Shown here: piece by piece, positions 9,215 through 19,254 of the stretch
Numbering within the stretch: the stretch's first letter is position 1
Layout: every line of letters starts with the position of its first letter
DNA from: Candidatus Dormiibacterota bacterium
GTDB taxonomy: Bacteria > Chloroflexota > Dormibacteria > Aeolococcales > Aeolococcaceae
Direction: 5' to 3'
Assembly: GCA_036828955.1 (NCBI GenBank)
Contig: DAISRJ010000006.1
Location: 1-62,564, forward strand
DNA: 62,564 bases
The notes under the pieces: generated by a model
Told to the model about the DNA's origin: nothing
What the model saw: the letters and a program-made list of their open reading frames with translations, nothing else
The model's database searches: none
Program-made: the position numbers and the translations under genes

Positions 9215-9697
9215 TCAGGTCGCGCTGTCGAGGAGCGCCACGGCAGACGCGGCGATGCCCTCGGACCGGCCCGCGAATCCCATCCCGTCGCTGGTCGTGG
9301 CGGTGACCTGGAGCACGGACCGGTCGACGCCGAGGGCGCCGGCGCAGGCGACCGCCATGGCGTCGAGGTGGCCGCTCAGGCGCGGCTGCTCGGCGATGGC
9401 CACGACCTGGGCCGAGACGACGCGGAGGTCGTGCTCGCGAAGCATCGCCGCCACCGCGCCCAGGAACTCGCTCCCCGGCGTGTCGCGCCAGCGCTCCGCG
9501 CTCGACGGGAAGTGATCGCCCATGTCTCCCAGGCCAGCGGCACCGAGCAGCGCGTCACAGAGCGCGTGGACCACCGCGTCACCATCCGAGTGTCCCGCGA
9601 GGCCCCGTTCGTAGGGGACGTGAACGCAGCCGAGCAGCAGGGGGCGGCCCGCGACCAGGCGGTGCACGTCGATGCCGTGGCCGATGCGCAAGCTCAC
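9215..9697 (-). CDS. ispF: 2-C-methyl-D-erythritol 2,4-cyclodiphosphate synthase
   Basis: RIGHGIDVH, GHSDGDAVVHALCDALLGA and ATTSDGMGF motifs. Confidence 0.96.
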   Translation of the reverse strand: MSLRIGHGIDVHRLVAGRPLLLGCVHVPYERGLAGHSDGDAVVHALCDALLGAAGLGDMGDHFPSSAERWRDTPGSEFLGAVAAMLREHDLRVVSAQVVAIAEQPRLSGHLDAMAVACAGALGVDRSVLQVTATTSDGMGFAGRSEGIAASAVALLDSAT

Positions 9698-10365
9698 GGG
9701 CGCGCGGCCAGCAGGGCGCGGAGCACCACCAGGTCGCGGGGATGGGTCACCTTGAAATTGTCAGGGCTGCCCGCAACGATGTGGACGGGGGTCCCCAGCG
9801 CCTCCACGAGGGCGGCGTCGTCGTCGACGATGAGCGCGTTGACGCGGGCATGGAGGTGGCCGGCCACGAGCAGCTCGCGACGGAATGCCTGCGGGGTCTG
9901 GATGGCGTAGAGGTCATGGCGGTCGAGCGACTGCACGATCATCCCGCCCGCTCCCCGCTTGATGCTGTCGACCATCGGCACCGCCACGGTGGCAGCGCCG
10001 TGCAACCGGGCCGCCTCGACGCAGTCGATGAACAACTGCGGCGCGCAGAGCGGCCGTGCCGCGTCGTGCACCGCCACGACGTCCACCTCACCCACTCTGT
10101 CGAGCGCCCGGCCCACGCTGTCCTGGCGTCGGTCGCCACCCGTGGTGAGCACCACGTCGTCCAGCCCCGCCGCGGCCGCGAGCGCCGCCAGGAGCGCGTG
10201 GCGCTCCGCCGGCGCCGCGATCACGACCTGCCCGAAAGCCCCGGAGGCGGCCGCGGCGGCGAGCGTGTAGGCGATCAGCGGCCGGCCGCCGACATCGGCG
10301 AAGAGCTTGTCCTCCCCCATCCGTTGTGCCCGTCCCGAGGCGGGGATGATGAGGGTCGCGGTCAG
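9694..10365 (-). CDS. ispD: 2-C-methyl-D-erythritol 4-phosphate cytidylyltransferase (probable CTG start)
   Basis: GGDRRQDSV, VHDAARP, QTPQAF, DDAALVE and NFKVT motifs. The conserved IIPASG..QRMG lies upstream of ATG 10320, so the start must be further 5'. Confidence 0.93.
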   Translation of the reverse strand: MTATLIIPASGRAQRMGEDKLFADVGGRPLIAYTLAAAAASGAFGQVVIAAPAERHALLAALAAAAGLDDVVLTTGGDRRQDSVGRALDRVGEVDVVAVHDAARPLCAPQLFIDCVEAARLHGAATVAVPMVDSIKRGAGGMIVQSLDRHDLYAIQTPQAFRRELLVAGHLHARVNALIVDDDAALVEALGTPVHIVAGSPDNFKVTHPRDLVVLRALLAARP

Positions 10366-11528
10366 TTCCGTCCCACCCTGCTGCGCACCGGTCGCACCGT
10401 CTTGCGCGAGGTGTCCGGGCCGTCGGTGGTGGCGAAGATCATGCGCCCGGCCGACGTCTGCAGAACCGACGTCACGGTGGCGCGAACGGTGTCGCCGAGG
10501 CGTGCCTTGGCATTCTCCACGACCACCATGGTGCCGTCGTCGAGGTAGCCGACACCCTGGTGCAACTCCTTGCCCTCACGCACGACGGCGATGGAGATCT
10601 CCTCGCCGGCGCTGAGGATCGGCTTCATGGCGTTGGCGAGGTCGTTGAGGTTGAGCACCCGCAGGCCGGCGATCTGGGCGATCCGGTTGAGGTTGTGGTC
10701 GGTGGTGAGCAGCAGTGCCGACTGCGCCACGGCCAGCTTGATGAGGCGGGCGTCGACCTCGGCCGCCTCCGGGAAGTCGAGGTCGATGATCTCGCAGACG
10801 ACGTCCTCGCGGCGCTGCAACTCCTCGAGGACAGTCAACCCGCGGCGGCCGCGGGCGCGGCGCATCGGATCGCCGGAATCGGCCACCCGCTGCAGCTCCT
10901 CGAGGACAAACCCCGCGATGAGCAAGCGACCGGGCACGAAGCCGGCCTTGGCCACCTCCACGATGCGACCGTCGATCAGCGCCGACGTGTCGACCACCAC
11001 CGGAGGCCCGTCGATGGGCGCCCGGGTAGCCCCGGCGGGCGCGCCGCCGCGAGCCCCACCCACGTCCTCGCTGCGCAGCATCGATGCGAACGCCTGGCGG
11101 CGGCGCGTGCCGGTGCGCGCCCCCACGCTCACCAGGGCGATGGCCAGCAGCAGCGACAGACCCGTGCCCACGTGCAGTGGAAGGGGTCCGAGGAGAACGG
11201 CCACGAGGGCAGCAATGAGGAGGCCGGCGATGACGCCGAGGAGGCCACCGAGGATCTGGCTGGGAGGAGCTTCGTCGAGCATCTGCTCGAGCCAGAGGTA
11301 GGGCTCGACGGTCAGCAGAGGGCCGGCCAGCGCCAGGGCCGCGGCGCCCACGATGGCCGTCCCCGCCAGGACGATGCCGGTCATCACACGGTCGTGGGAG
11401 AACACCCCGGGTGAGTTGGTGACGACAAAACCGGCGTAGTAGATCCCGACGACAACCCCGAGGACGGCGCCGACCGCGCGGGCGGCCCCACGCGCCCGGC
11501 GCAGGCTGTGTGCGGAGTGTCGAGGCAT
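10362..11528 (-). CDS. yacL: PIN/TRAM-domain membrane protein
   Basis: N-terminal TM helices, VDTSALIDGRI PIN motif, GVGYLDDGTMVVVE TRAM motif, QTSAGRMIFA. Confidence 0.92.
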   Translation of the reverse strand: MPRHSAHSLRRARGAARAVGAVLGVVVGIYYAGFVVTNSPGVFSHDRVMTGIVLAGTAIVGAAALALAGPLLTVEPYLWLEQMLDEAPPSQILGGLLGVIAGLLIAALVAVLLGPLPLHVGTGLSLLLAIALVSVGARTGTRRRQAFASMLRSEDVGGARGGAPAGATRAPIDGPPVVVDTSALIDGRIVEVAKAGFVPGRLLIAGFVLEELQRVADSGDPMRRARGRRGLTVLEELQRREDVVCEIIDLDFPEAAEVDARLIKLAVAQSALLLTTDHNLNRIAQIAGLRVLNLNDLANAMKPILSAGEEISIAVVREGKELHQGVGYLDDGTMVVVENAKARLGDTVRATVTSVLQTSAGRMIFATTDGPDTSRKTVRPVRSRVGRN

Positions 11529-11615
11529 TTCCGCTCGATCTAAGCACAGGCGGTGTTGCGGTGCTGCCGATGTCACCCCTTCGCAACCGCAGCGGAAAGG
11601 TGCGCGCCGGCCCGC

Positions 11616-12983
11616 TCAGCTGCTCTGCAGAACCGCCAGCGCCGCCGAGACGCTCGAAACCCGGTGGACACGGAGCCCCGCACCTGCCGGGGCGCGGCCA
11701 CCGTCGGGCACCACCGCGGCGACCTGTCCGAGAGCCGCCGCTTCGCCGAGGCGCGCGTCGAGCCTCGAGGCACGCCTGACCTCCCCGCCGAGCCCGACCT
11801 CGCCGAGAACCACGGTGTCGCGGGGGACCACACGGTCGCGCGCCGCCCCGGCCAGGGCCATGGCGACGCCGAGGTCGACGGCCGGGTCGGCGAGGCGCAC
11901 CCCGCCGACGACGTTGAGGAAGACGTCCGCCTGGCCGAGAGGGACCCCGGCACGGCGCTCGAGCACGGCAAGGATGAGGTGGAGCCGGCCCAGGTCGAAC
12001 CCCGAACTGGTGCGCCGGGGCAGGCCGAAGGAGGTGGGGGCGACCAGGGCCTGGATCTCGACGACGAGAGGACGGGTGCCCTCGCAGGTGACGGTGAGGA
12101 CGTTGCCTGGCACCGAGAGGCTGTTCTCGTCGAGGAAGGCGCGCCCGGGTGCATCGAGTTGACGCAGGCCACCTCCCTCCATCGTGAACAGCCCCAGCTC
12201 GCCGGTGCTGCCGAAGCGGTTCTTCACGCCGCGCAGGAGCCGGTGCTCGCCATGGCGCTCGCCCTCGAGGTAGAGCACCACGTCGACCATGTGCTCCAGG
12301 GTGCGCGGCCCGGCGATGGCGCCCTCCTTGGTGACGTGGCCGACCAGGACGATGGGCACACCGGTCTGCTTGGCGACGGTGAGCAGGCGGGCCACCCCTT
12401 CGCGCACATGGGCCGGGCTCCCCGGTGCGCCCGCGGCATCCGGCGCGCTGAGCGTCTGCACCGAGTCGACCACCGCCAGTGGCGGGCGGGCCATCTCGAT
12501 CGCCTGCGCCACGGCGTCGAGGTCGGTCTCCGCAAGCACGGCGACCGACGGAAGACGGCAGCCGAGCCGCTCGGCGCGCATGGCCACCTGCACCGCCGAC
12601 TCCTCGCCCGCGCAGTACAGGGCGGGGAGGCCGGCGGTGCCCACCCGTGCCGCAAGCTGCAGGGCCAGGGTGGACTTGCCGATGCCGGGGTCGCCCCCGA
12701 GCAGGATCAGCGATCCTGCGACCACGCCGCCGCCGAGGACGCGGTCGAGTTCCGCGATGCCGGTGGGGGTGCGTTGAGCGCTGCCATCCCCGACCTGGTC
12801 GAGCGGCTGGGCGACGACGGCGAGGGCAGCGCTGGGCCGCCGCGCCGCGCTCGACACGGCGACCCCTTCCCCCAGCGTGTTCCACGCTCCGCACCCGTCG
12901 CAACGGCCCTGCCACCGTGGCGCGGTGACGCCGCAGCCGGAGCAGACGTACTGCACTCTGGCGGCGCGCGCCGCCTGGGTCAT
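11616..12983 (-). CDS. radA: DNA repair protein RadA/Sms
   Basis: C4 Zn finger, GGDPGIGKST, KNRFG motif and Lon-like C-terminal domain. Confidence 0.97.
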   Translation of the reverse strand: MTQAARAARVQYVCSGCGVTAPRWQGRCDGCGAWNTLGEGVAVSSAARRPSAALAVVAQPLDQVGDGSAQRTPTGIAELDRVLGGGVVAGSLILLGGDPGIGKSTLALQLAARVGTAGLPALYCAGEESAVQVAMRAERLGCRLPSVAVLAETDLDAVAQAIEMARPPLAVVDSVQTLSAPDAAGAPGSPAHVREGVARLLTVAKQTGVPIVLVGHVTKEGAIAGPRTLEHMVDVVLYLEGERHGEHRLLRGVKNRFGSTGELGLFTMEGGGLRQLDAPGRAFLDENSLSVPGNVLTVTCEGTRPLVVEIQALVAPTSFGLPRRTSSGFDLGRLHLILAVLERRAGVPLGQADVFLNVVGGVRLADPAVDLGVAMALAGAARDRVVPRDTVVLGEVGLGGEVRRASRLDARLGEAAALGQVAAVVPDGGRAPAGAGLRVHRVSSVSAALAVLQSS

Positions 12984-13002
12984 CGTGGGTGCGGAGGGGA
13001 TG

Positions 13003-13016
13003 CGAACATCTGTTCG
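13003..13016. promoter_or_regulatory. LexA (SOS/Cheo-type) box upstream of radA
   Basis: CGAAC-ATCT-GTTCG, a perfect GAAC-N4-GTTC box, directly downstream of a TATGCT -10 (13026..13021, minus strand). Confidence 0.8.
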
Positions 13017-13092
13017 CCGCAGCATACCCGATCCCCCACCCGATGGATTCCCGCGGGCCGGCGCGGCTGGTCCCGTTGCCAGGACGAGAGCC

Positions 13093-14016
13093 CTACTCGC
13101 TTGCGCCGGGAGTGCGCCGGGCGATCGGACCGCGGGATTGGCGCCGCCAGACGAGCAGCCCGATCACGGCGAGGACCAGCAAGGGCAGCGCGCTGACCAC
13201 TCCCTCGAGGGCTGCTCCGGTGACCTGGACAGCGTTCTTCCATCCGCCGCTGAAACCGCCCGCGACCGGGTTGGGCGGCGCCACGACGACCAGGGAGATG
13301 CCGCGCTCGGTCAGCTGGATCGAGGCGGTGGCCAGCTCGACCGAGGCGGTGAGCACGTTGAGCTGGCCCTGGTCGGTGTTGACCTCGGTCTGCACCGCCT
13401 CGATCTCCTGCTCGAGATTGCTGATGTCGCCGATCGAGGTCGCCTTGGCGAGAAGGGCGTTGAGGGCGGCCAGGTGGGCGTGGGCGGAGGCCAGGCGCGC
13501 GTTGACGTCGACGAACTGCGCGGTGTGGTCGATCGCCGAGAAGTTGATCGACGACGCCGTGAAGGTACTGGGCATGCCGTTGAGGAAGGCGGCGATGCTC
13601 GCTGCCGGGATCTTCAACGTGACCGCTCCGCTCACGATGCGGCCGTGGCTGTCGGGCTGCGTGGTCGAGCTGGCAACGTACCCCCCAAGTCCGACGGCGC
13701 GGGCGATCACGCCCTCGAAGGAGGTCAGGAAGCTGCCCTGGGGCACGGTGTACGCCGCCGCCACCGACCGCTCGATGTCGGAACTCGGCGGCGTGCCCAC
13801 GATGATGGTGCTGGCCAGGCCGCCGCTCGGCGAGCCGCTGCCCGGCTGCGCCGCGGCGAAACCGGTCGTGCCCTTGGCCACGGCCGCTGCGGGCGCGCCA
13901 CGGGCGGGCTGGTTGCCCGCCCCACCGGCCGCCTCGCCGGCGGAGGTTGCAGCAGAGGCGCAGCCGGCGAGCGCCGCCGTCGCGAAAAGGGCTGCGATGA
14001 CCTGACGATGTGACAT
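13093..14016 (-). CDS. DUF4349-family lipoprotein
   Basis: Lipobox LAGC; GGYVASS...LKIP...VDVNARL...IGDI..LEQEI..VQ pattern; C-terminal TM helix. Confidence 0.8.
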   Translation of the reverse strand: MSHRQVIAALFATAALAGCASAATSAGEAAGGAGNQPARGAPAAAVAKGTTGFAAAQPGSGSPSGGLASTIIVGTPPSSDIERSVAAAYTVPQGSFLTSFEGVIARAVGLGGYVASSTTQPDSHGRIVSGAVTLKIPAASIAAFLNGMPSTFTASSINFSAIDHTAQFVDVNARLASAHAHLAALNALLAKATSIGDISNLEQEIEAVQTEVNTDQGQLNVLTASVELATASIQLTERGISLVVVAPPNPVAGGFSGGWKNAVQVTGAALEGVVSALPLLVLAVIGLLVWRRQSRGPIARRTPGASE

Positions 14017-14027
14017 GACGGGGTCTC

Positions 14028-14699
14028 CTACGGGATGCCGGGGGCTGAGAGGGTGTCGACGACGCGGCCGGTGGCGGCGTCCACGAACACCAGGACTGTC
14101 TGCGCGGGTGGGATGCCTGGCCGGGCAAAGGCCTTGGAGTCGTTGACAACGCCGCCCTGGATGGGCACGTCGACGATCCAGCAGAGGCAGGTACTGCCCG
14201 GCGCCGGCGCCGCCAGCTGAGCCCAGACCAGCACCGCCGGCCCGGGTGTCTCCGCGTTGACCTGCGCTGTCACCGCCGCCACCTGTGCCTGTGCCGGTGT
14301 GACCTGGGAAGCACCGTGTCCCGCCGGGGACGAGACGGTGGTGCCCGACCGTGCCAGCGCGGCGACGTCAACACCGGGGTAGCTGACGGCTGCCGGGACG
14401 GCGAGGGCGCCTTCAGCTGGATTGGCCGCGAACGAGGACGCGGCTGTCCCGGGTGTGCCGAAGGGGTGACCGGCGATGAGAATCACGATCGCCGCGGTGG
14501 CCGCAGCAACAGCTCCCAGGCCGCCGAGGAGCGCGCCCATGGGCCGGCCCCCGACGGTCAGGGTGCGGCGCCGCCCCGCGAGCATCCGCGCGTCGACGCG
14601 GCGGACGGCGGCGGGCAACGCCACCGCCGTGGTCAGCGCGAAGTAGCGGCGCAGGTCGTCGGCGAGGTCCGGCGCCGACAACGTGGGGTCCTCATGCAT
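14028..14699 (-). CDS. Probable membrane anti-sigma factor with PepSY-like C-terminus
   Basis: Overlaps the sigma factor stop; short cytoplasmic N-terminus, one TM helix, and FVDAATGRVV at the end. Confidence 0.6.
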   Translation of the reverse strand: MHEDPTLSAPDLADDLRRYFALTTAVALPAAVRRVDARMLAGRRRTLTVGGRPMGALLGGLGAVAAATAAIVILIAGHPFGTPGTAASSFAANPAEGALAVPAAVSYPGVDVAALARSGTTVSSPAGHGASQVTPAQAQVAAVTAQVNAETPGPAVLVWAQLAAPAPGSTCLCWIVDVPIQGGVVNDSKAFARPGIPPAQTVLVFVDAATGRVVDTLSAPGIP

Positions 14700-15198
14700 G
14701 GGCCATCTCCTTGCGCATGGACGCCATCGCGCGGGCCAGGTGGGTTCGGACGGAGCCGGCGCCGCAGCTCATCAGGTCGGCGCATTCGTCGATCGAGTAG
14801 CCGTGGTGGTAGTGGAGGAAGACGGCCGCCCGCTGCCTGGGCGAGAGCTTTCGGTAGCTGCGGTCGAGGTCGACGAGGCGGCCCTCGAAGCGAGGGTCGG
14901 CGACGGCGGCGTCGTCGCTGCGCGGGGCGGTGGTGAACCCGCGCAGGCGCAGCCCCTTGCGCCGGTTGATGCAGTGGTTGACGCAGATCCGCACCAGCCA
15001 GGTGGTGCGCGCGCCCTCGTCGCGAAGGCTGTCCCAGCTCCTCCAGGCCTTGAGGAGGGCGTCCTGGAGGGCGTCCTCGGCCTCGGCGTGGTCGCGAAGG
15101 ATCGAGTAGGCGACCCCGTAGAGGCGTTGCCGCTGGGCGTTCAGGAGGGCGTCGAAGCCCGCCTCCGCGTCGGCGGTGCGCACAGTGCCTGGCGCCAT
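14692..15198 (-). CDS. ECF RNA polymerase sigma factor
   Basis: Region 2 AEDALQDAL...W; region 4 LSPRQRAAVFL..GYSIDECA..GSVRTHLARA; AGGAG RBS before ATG 15198. Confidence 0.92.
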   Translation of the reverse strand: MAPGTVRTADAEAGFDALLNAQRQRLYGVAYSILRDHAEAEDALQDALLKAWRSWDSLRDEGARTTWLVRICVNHCINRRKGLRLRGFTTAPRSDDAAVADPRFEGRLVDLDRSYRKLSPRQRAAVFLHYHHGYSIDECADLMSCGAGSVRTHLARAMASMRKEMAHA

Positions 15199-15281
15199 GA
15201 ATGTCTCCTGGGCGGTGTCCACATCAGAACAGACCGCTCACGCGCCTCATCTACTGACACGCGCCGTCAGATTCGTCTGCG

Positions 15282-17330
15282 TCAGCGGCGGCGGGCGTAG
15301 CCTCTCTGCCGCCGCTGGGGGCGCTGCTGCTCCGTCGCGGCCGCCGCCTCGGCCTCCGGGTCTTCGATGCGCCGGCGCAACCCGGTGAGGCGATCGCGCA
15401 ACTCCGCGGCGCGCTCGAACTCGAGGTCGCGCGCGGCGCGCTTCATCTCCCGCTCCACCTCCTTGGCGAGGCGGAGCAGCTCATCCGGTGGCAGCCCTGC
15501 CGACTCCTGGAAGTCGGCGGCGTGGGCGCTGACGTCGTCTCTGTGCGTCTCCATCTGGTACACGGCTTTGACGATCGACAGCGGGGTGACCCCGTGCTCG
15601 AGGTTGTGTGCTGTCTGCACGGCGCGGCGGCGGTCGGTCTCGGCGATGGCGTTCTCCATCGCCTCCGAGCGGGAGTCGGCGTACATGACCACGTGGCCGT
15701 TGATGTTTCGTGCCGCTCGGCCGATGGTCTGGATCAGGGAGCGGTAGCCACGCAGGAAACCCTCCTTGTCGGCGTCGAGGATGCCGATGAACGACACCTC
15801 GGGCAGGTCGAGCCCCTCCCGGAGGAGGTTGATGCCGACCAGGACATCGAAGACGCCGAGGCGCAGGTCTCTGATGATCTCGACGCGTTCCAGGGTGTCG
15901 ATGTCGCTGTGCAGGTAGCGCACCCGCACCCCCGCCTCGCGAAGGTAGTCGGTGAGGTCCTCCGCCATCTTCTTGGTCAACGTGGTGATCAGGCAGCGCT
16001 CCTTGACCTCGACGCGGCGGGCGATCTGGGCGAGCAGGTCGTCGATCTGGCCCTCGGAGGGCTTCACCTCGAGGGTGGGGTCGACAAGCCCCGTGGGGCG
16101 GATGATCTGCTCGACCATCCGCTGCGAGTGCGCCTCCTCGTACGGGCCGGGTGTGGCGGTCACGTAGATCACCTGGCTCACCATCGAGTCCCATTCCGCG
16201 AAGGTCAGCGGCCTGTTGTCGAGAGCCGAGGGCAGCCGGAAGCCGTACTCCACGAGCGGGATCTTGCGCGACCGGTCGCCACCGTACATGCCGCCGATCT
16301 GGGGCACGGCCACGTGCGACTCGTCGACCACCACGAGCGTGTCGTCGGGCAGGAAGTCGAGCAGGCAGAACGGTCTCTCCCCCTCCGCGCGGCCGCTGAG
16401 GTGGCGCGAGTAGTTCTCGATGCCGGCGCACGTGCCCGTCTCCTGCATCATCTCCATGTCGAAGTTGGTGCGCTGCAGCAGGCGCTGCGCCTCGAGCAGC
16501 CGTCCCCGCGACTCCAGCTCGGCGACGCGCTCGGTGAGCTCGTCGCGGATGCGCTCCAGGGCGCCCTTCATCTGCTCCTGGGGGGTGACGTAGTGCGACG
16601 CCGGGAAGATGGTGAACTCCTCGCGGTGGGCGAGGATCTCTCCCGTCAGGGGGTCGAACTCCTTGATGGATTCGATCTCGTCGCCGAAGAACTCGACGCG
16701 AGTGGCCACCTCCTCGTACGCAGGTTGGACGTCGAGCACATCGCCGCGCACGCGGAAGCGGGAGCGCCCGAAGTCCATGTCGTTGCGCGAGTACTGGAGG
16801 TCGGCGAGCTTGCGCAGCAGGATGTCCCGTCGCCATGTCGAGCCCCGCTCCACCTTGAGTGACTCGCCGAGGTAGTTCTCCGGGGAGCCGATCCCGTAGA
16901 TGCACGAGATCGAGGCAACCACGATGACGTCGCGGCGGGTGAGCAGCGCCCGGGTGGCGCTGTTGCGCAGGCGGTCGATCTCGTCGTTGCGCGACGAATC
17001 CTTCTCGATGTAGGTGTCGGTGCGCGCGATATACGCCTCGGGCTGATAGAAGTCGTAGTAGGACACGAAGTATTCGACGGCGTTGTTGGGGAAGAACTCC
17101 CGGAACTCCGCCCAGAGCTGGGCGGCCAGCGTCTTGTTGGGTGAGAGCACCAGCATGGGGCGCTGGATGCGCTGGGCGAGGTGGGCCACCGTGAAGGTCT
17201 TGCCCGACCCGGTCACGCCCATCAGCGTCTGCTCGCGCAGGCCCTCAGCCACGCCGCCGGTGAGGCTGTTGATGGCCGCCGGTTGATCACCGGCGGGGGC
17301 AAACGACGAGACCAATTCGAGGGCAGGCAC
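15282..17330 (-). CDS. uvrB: Excinuclease ABC subunit B
   Basis: [40 protein letters not shown] and C-terminal UVR motif. GTG start at 17330. Confidence 0.97.
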   Translation of the reverse strand: MPALELVSSFAPAGDQPAAINSLTGGVAEGLREQTLMGVTGSGKTFTVAHLAQRIQRPMLVLSPNKTLAAQLWAEFREFFPNNAVEYFVSYYDFYQPEAYIARTDTYIEKDSSRNDEIDRLRNSATRALLTRRDVIVVASISCIYGIGSPENYLGESLKVERGSTWRRDILLRKLADLQYSRNDMDFGRSRFRVRGDVLDVQPAYEEVATRVEFFGDEIESIKEFDPLTGEILAHREEFTIFPASHYVTPQEQMKGALERIRDELTERVAELESRGRLLEAQRLLQRTNFDMEMMQETGTCAGIENYSRHLSGRAEGERPFCLLDFLPDDTLVVVDESHVAVPQIGGMYGGDRSRKIPLVEYGFRLPSALDNRPLTFAEWDSMVSQVIYVTATPGPYEEAHSQRMVEQIIRPTGLVDPTLEVKPSEGQIDDLLAQIARRVEVKERCLITTLTKKMAEDLTDYLREAGVRVRYLHSDIDTLERVEIIRDLRLGVFDVLVGINLLREGLDLPEVSFIGILDADKEGFLRGYRSLIQTIGRAARNINGHVVMYADSRSEAMENAIAETDRRRAVQTAHNLEHGVTPLSIVKAVYQMETHRDDVSAHAADFQESAGLPPDELLRLAKEVEREMKRAARDLEFERAAELRDRLTGLRRRIEDPEAEAAAATEQQRPQRRQRGYARRR

Positions 17331-17386
17331 GCGGTCCAGTCTACCGGCAGGCCTGAGGGCGTCCGCGTGGCGGGGCGCGGCGCCCA

Positions 17387-18433
17387 TCAGGTGGCGAGCA
17401 CCTCGTCGTACACCTCCTCGAGGCGGCGGCCGATCCGATCCCAGGAATGCGTCGCGCGCACGCGCTCCCGGCCCGCATGGGCCAGCTGGTCACGTCGGCG
17501 TGGGTCGTCGATGAGCTCGAGGCAGACCCGGGTCATGGCGTCCTCGTCGTCGGCCGGGACGAGGAGGCTCGGCTCGGCGATGGCATCGCGAAGGCCGTCG
17601 ACGTCGTAGCCGACCGCGACCGCTCCCTGCGCCTGCGCTTCGAGAGCCACCAGCCCGAGACCCTCGTAGTGCGACGGCACGAGCACGATCGATGCTCGCG
17701 CGTACTCCGCAAGCAGTCGTTGCTCGGTGAGGCGGCCGGTGACCTCGACCCCGGGGATGCCCGCGGCGAACCCGCGAACGTGTGCCTCGAGGCTGCCGCC
17801 ACCGACGACGAGACCGGTTGAGCCCGGGCGCTGGCGGATCACGTCGCGCATCACCCCCAGGGCTGCCGGCGCTCCCTTCTGAGGCTCCATTCGTCCCACG
17901 AAAAGAAGCCGGACGCTGTCGCGCGGCGACGGCGGGGCATCGGGCACGTCGACGCCCGGCGGCAGCACCTCGATGCGGCCGGGCGGCACTCCCAACCCGC
18001 GCACCGCCGCCGCCGTCGACGCCGAGATGGCGAGGACCCGCGCCGCGCGGCGGTACGCACGCGCTTCCAGTGGCGAGAGGAGTCGCCGCAGTGAGGCACG
18101 GCCGTGAGCCATCCGATACGTGTGATTGGCGGTGTAGACGAGCGGGACGTCGAGTCCGCGCAGGAGCAGCACCCCGCCGGGGCCGCCGAGCGCATGCACC
18201 ACGTCGGGCCTGGTGGCGGTGATCAGGCGGATGTGGCGGTTGACGTGGAGGGAGAAGTCGAGGGGCGCGCGCCCGGTGACGCGCGCAAAGCGCTGCGCGT
18301 GGTTCCCATGCCCCGCGATCGTGGTCACCTCGTGACCGCGAGCGGAGAGAGCCGAACGCATGCCGCGCAGCTCGACGCCCTGGCCGCCGAGAGGAGGATC
18401 GTCGTCGTAGCTGACCAACGTGACCCGCGTCAT
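17387..18433 (-). CDS. Family 4 (GT-B) glycosyltransferase
   Basis: [10 protein letters not shown] and [14 protein letters not shown] (E-x7-E) motifs. ATG overlaps the mutM stop. Confidence 0.9.
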   Translation of the reverse strand: MTRVTLVSYDDDPPLGGQGVELRGMRSALSARGHEVTTIAGHGNHAQRFARVTGRAPLDFSLHVNRHIRLITATRPDVVHALGGPGGVLLLRGLDVPLVYTANHTYRMAHGRASLRRLLSPLEARAYRRAARVLAISASTAAAVRGLGVPPGRIEVLPPGVDVPDAPPSPRDSVRLLFVGRMEPQKGAPAALGVMRDVIRQRPGSTGLVVGGGSLEAHVRGFAAGIPGVEVTGRLTEQRLLAEYARASIVLVPSHYEGLGLVALEAQAQGAVAVGYDVDGLRDAIAEPSLLVPADDEDAMTRVCLELIDDPRRRDQLAHAGRERVRATHSWDRIGRRLEEVYDEVLAT

Positions 18434-19254
18434 CGCTGGCATGACGGGCACCAGACGGTGGTGCGCCCGGCCACCGTCGCGTGCTTCAGGGTGGTGCCGC
18501 AACGCAGGCACGGCCTGCCGGCGCGCCCGTAGACCTGGAGGCGTTCCTGGTTGCCCCCCTTGGCGTTCCACACGTCGCGGTAGTCGTCGATGCTGCTGCC
18601 GCGGTTGCTGATCGCCGACACGAGCACCACCGGGATGGCAGCGTGGAGGGCGGCGCGCTGTGTGCGAGTCAGCGTGTGGCAGCGGCGCTGCGGTCGAATG
18701 CCCGCCAGGTGGCAGGCCTCGTCGACGTAGATGTTGCCGAGCCCGGCCACCCCGCGTTGATCGAGCAGCGCCGCCTTGATGGTGCGCGTCGTCGTGCGCA
18801 GAACGGCGTCGAAGCGCTGCGCCGTGAAGTCCTCGGACAACGGTTCGACACCCAGCGCGGGAAGCGCGCGGGACTCCTCGAGTGTGCTCCGTGGCCCGAG
18901 CAGGATCCGGCCGAAGCGGCGCGCGTCGTCGTAGCGCAGCTCACGGCCGTCGTCGAGAAGGGCGCGCAGGTGGGTGTGCCGCGCCGGCTCGGTGTGCGCC
19001 TCGCACACCAGCACGTGGCCGGTCATGCCGAGGTGGAAGACCAGGTCCTCGCCGCCGTCGAGCGCGCAGAAGATGAACTTTCCGCGCCGGGTGACCGCCT
19101 CGAACCGTCGCCCCGGCAGCAGCGCCGCGAACACCTCGGGGACGGGAAAGCGCAGCACCTTGGGGTGCCCCAGCGTCACCGCCATCACCTGCCGTCCCAC
19201 CACCGCGGCGCGCAGGTCGCGCGCCACCGTCTCGACCTCAGGAAGCTCCGGCAC
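18430..19254 (-). CDS. mutM: Formamidopyrimidine-DNA glycosylase
   Basis: N-terminal PELPEVE, HLGMTG, GLGNIYVDE and C4 Zn finger. Confidence 0.97.
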   Translation of the reverse strand: MPELPEVETVARDLRAAVVGRQVMAVTLGHPKVLRFPVPEVFAALLPGRRFEAVTRRGKFIFCALDGGEDLVFHLGMTGHVLVCEAHTEPARHTHLRALLDDGRELRYDDARRFGRILLGPRSTLEESRALPALGVEPLSEDFTAQRFDAVLRTTTRTIKAALLDQRGVAGLGNIYVDEACHLAGIRPQRRCHTLTRTQRAALHAAIPVVLVSAISNRGSSIDDYRDVWNAKGGNQERLQVYGRAGRPCLRCGTTLKHATVAGRTTVWCPSCQR

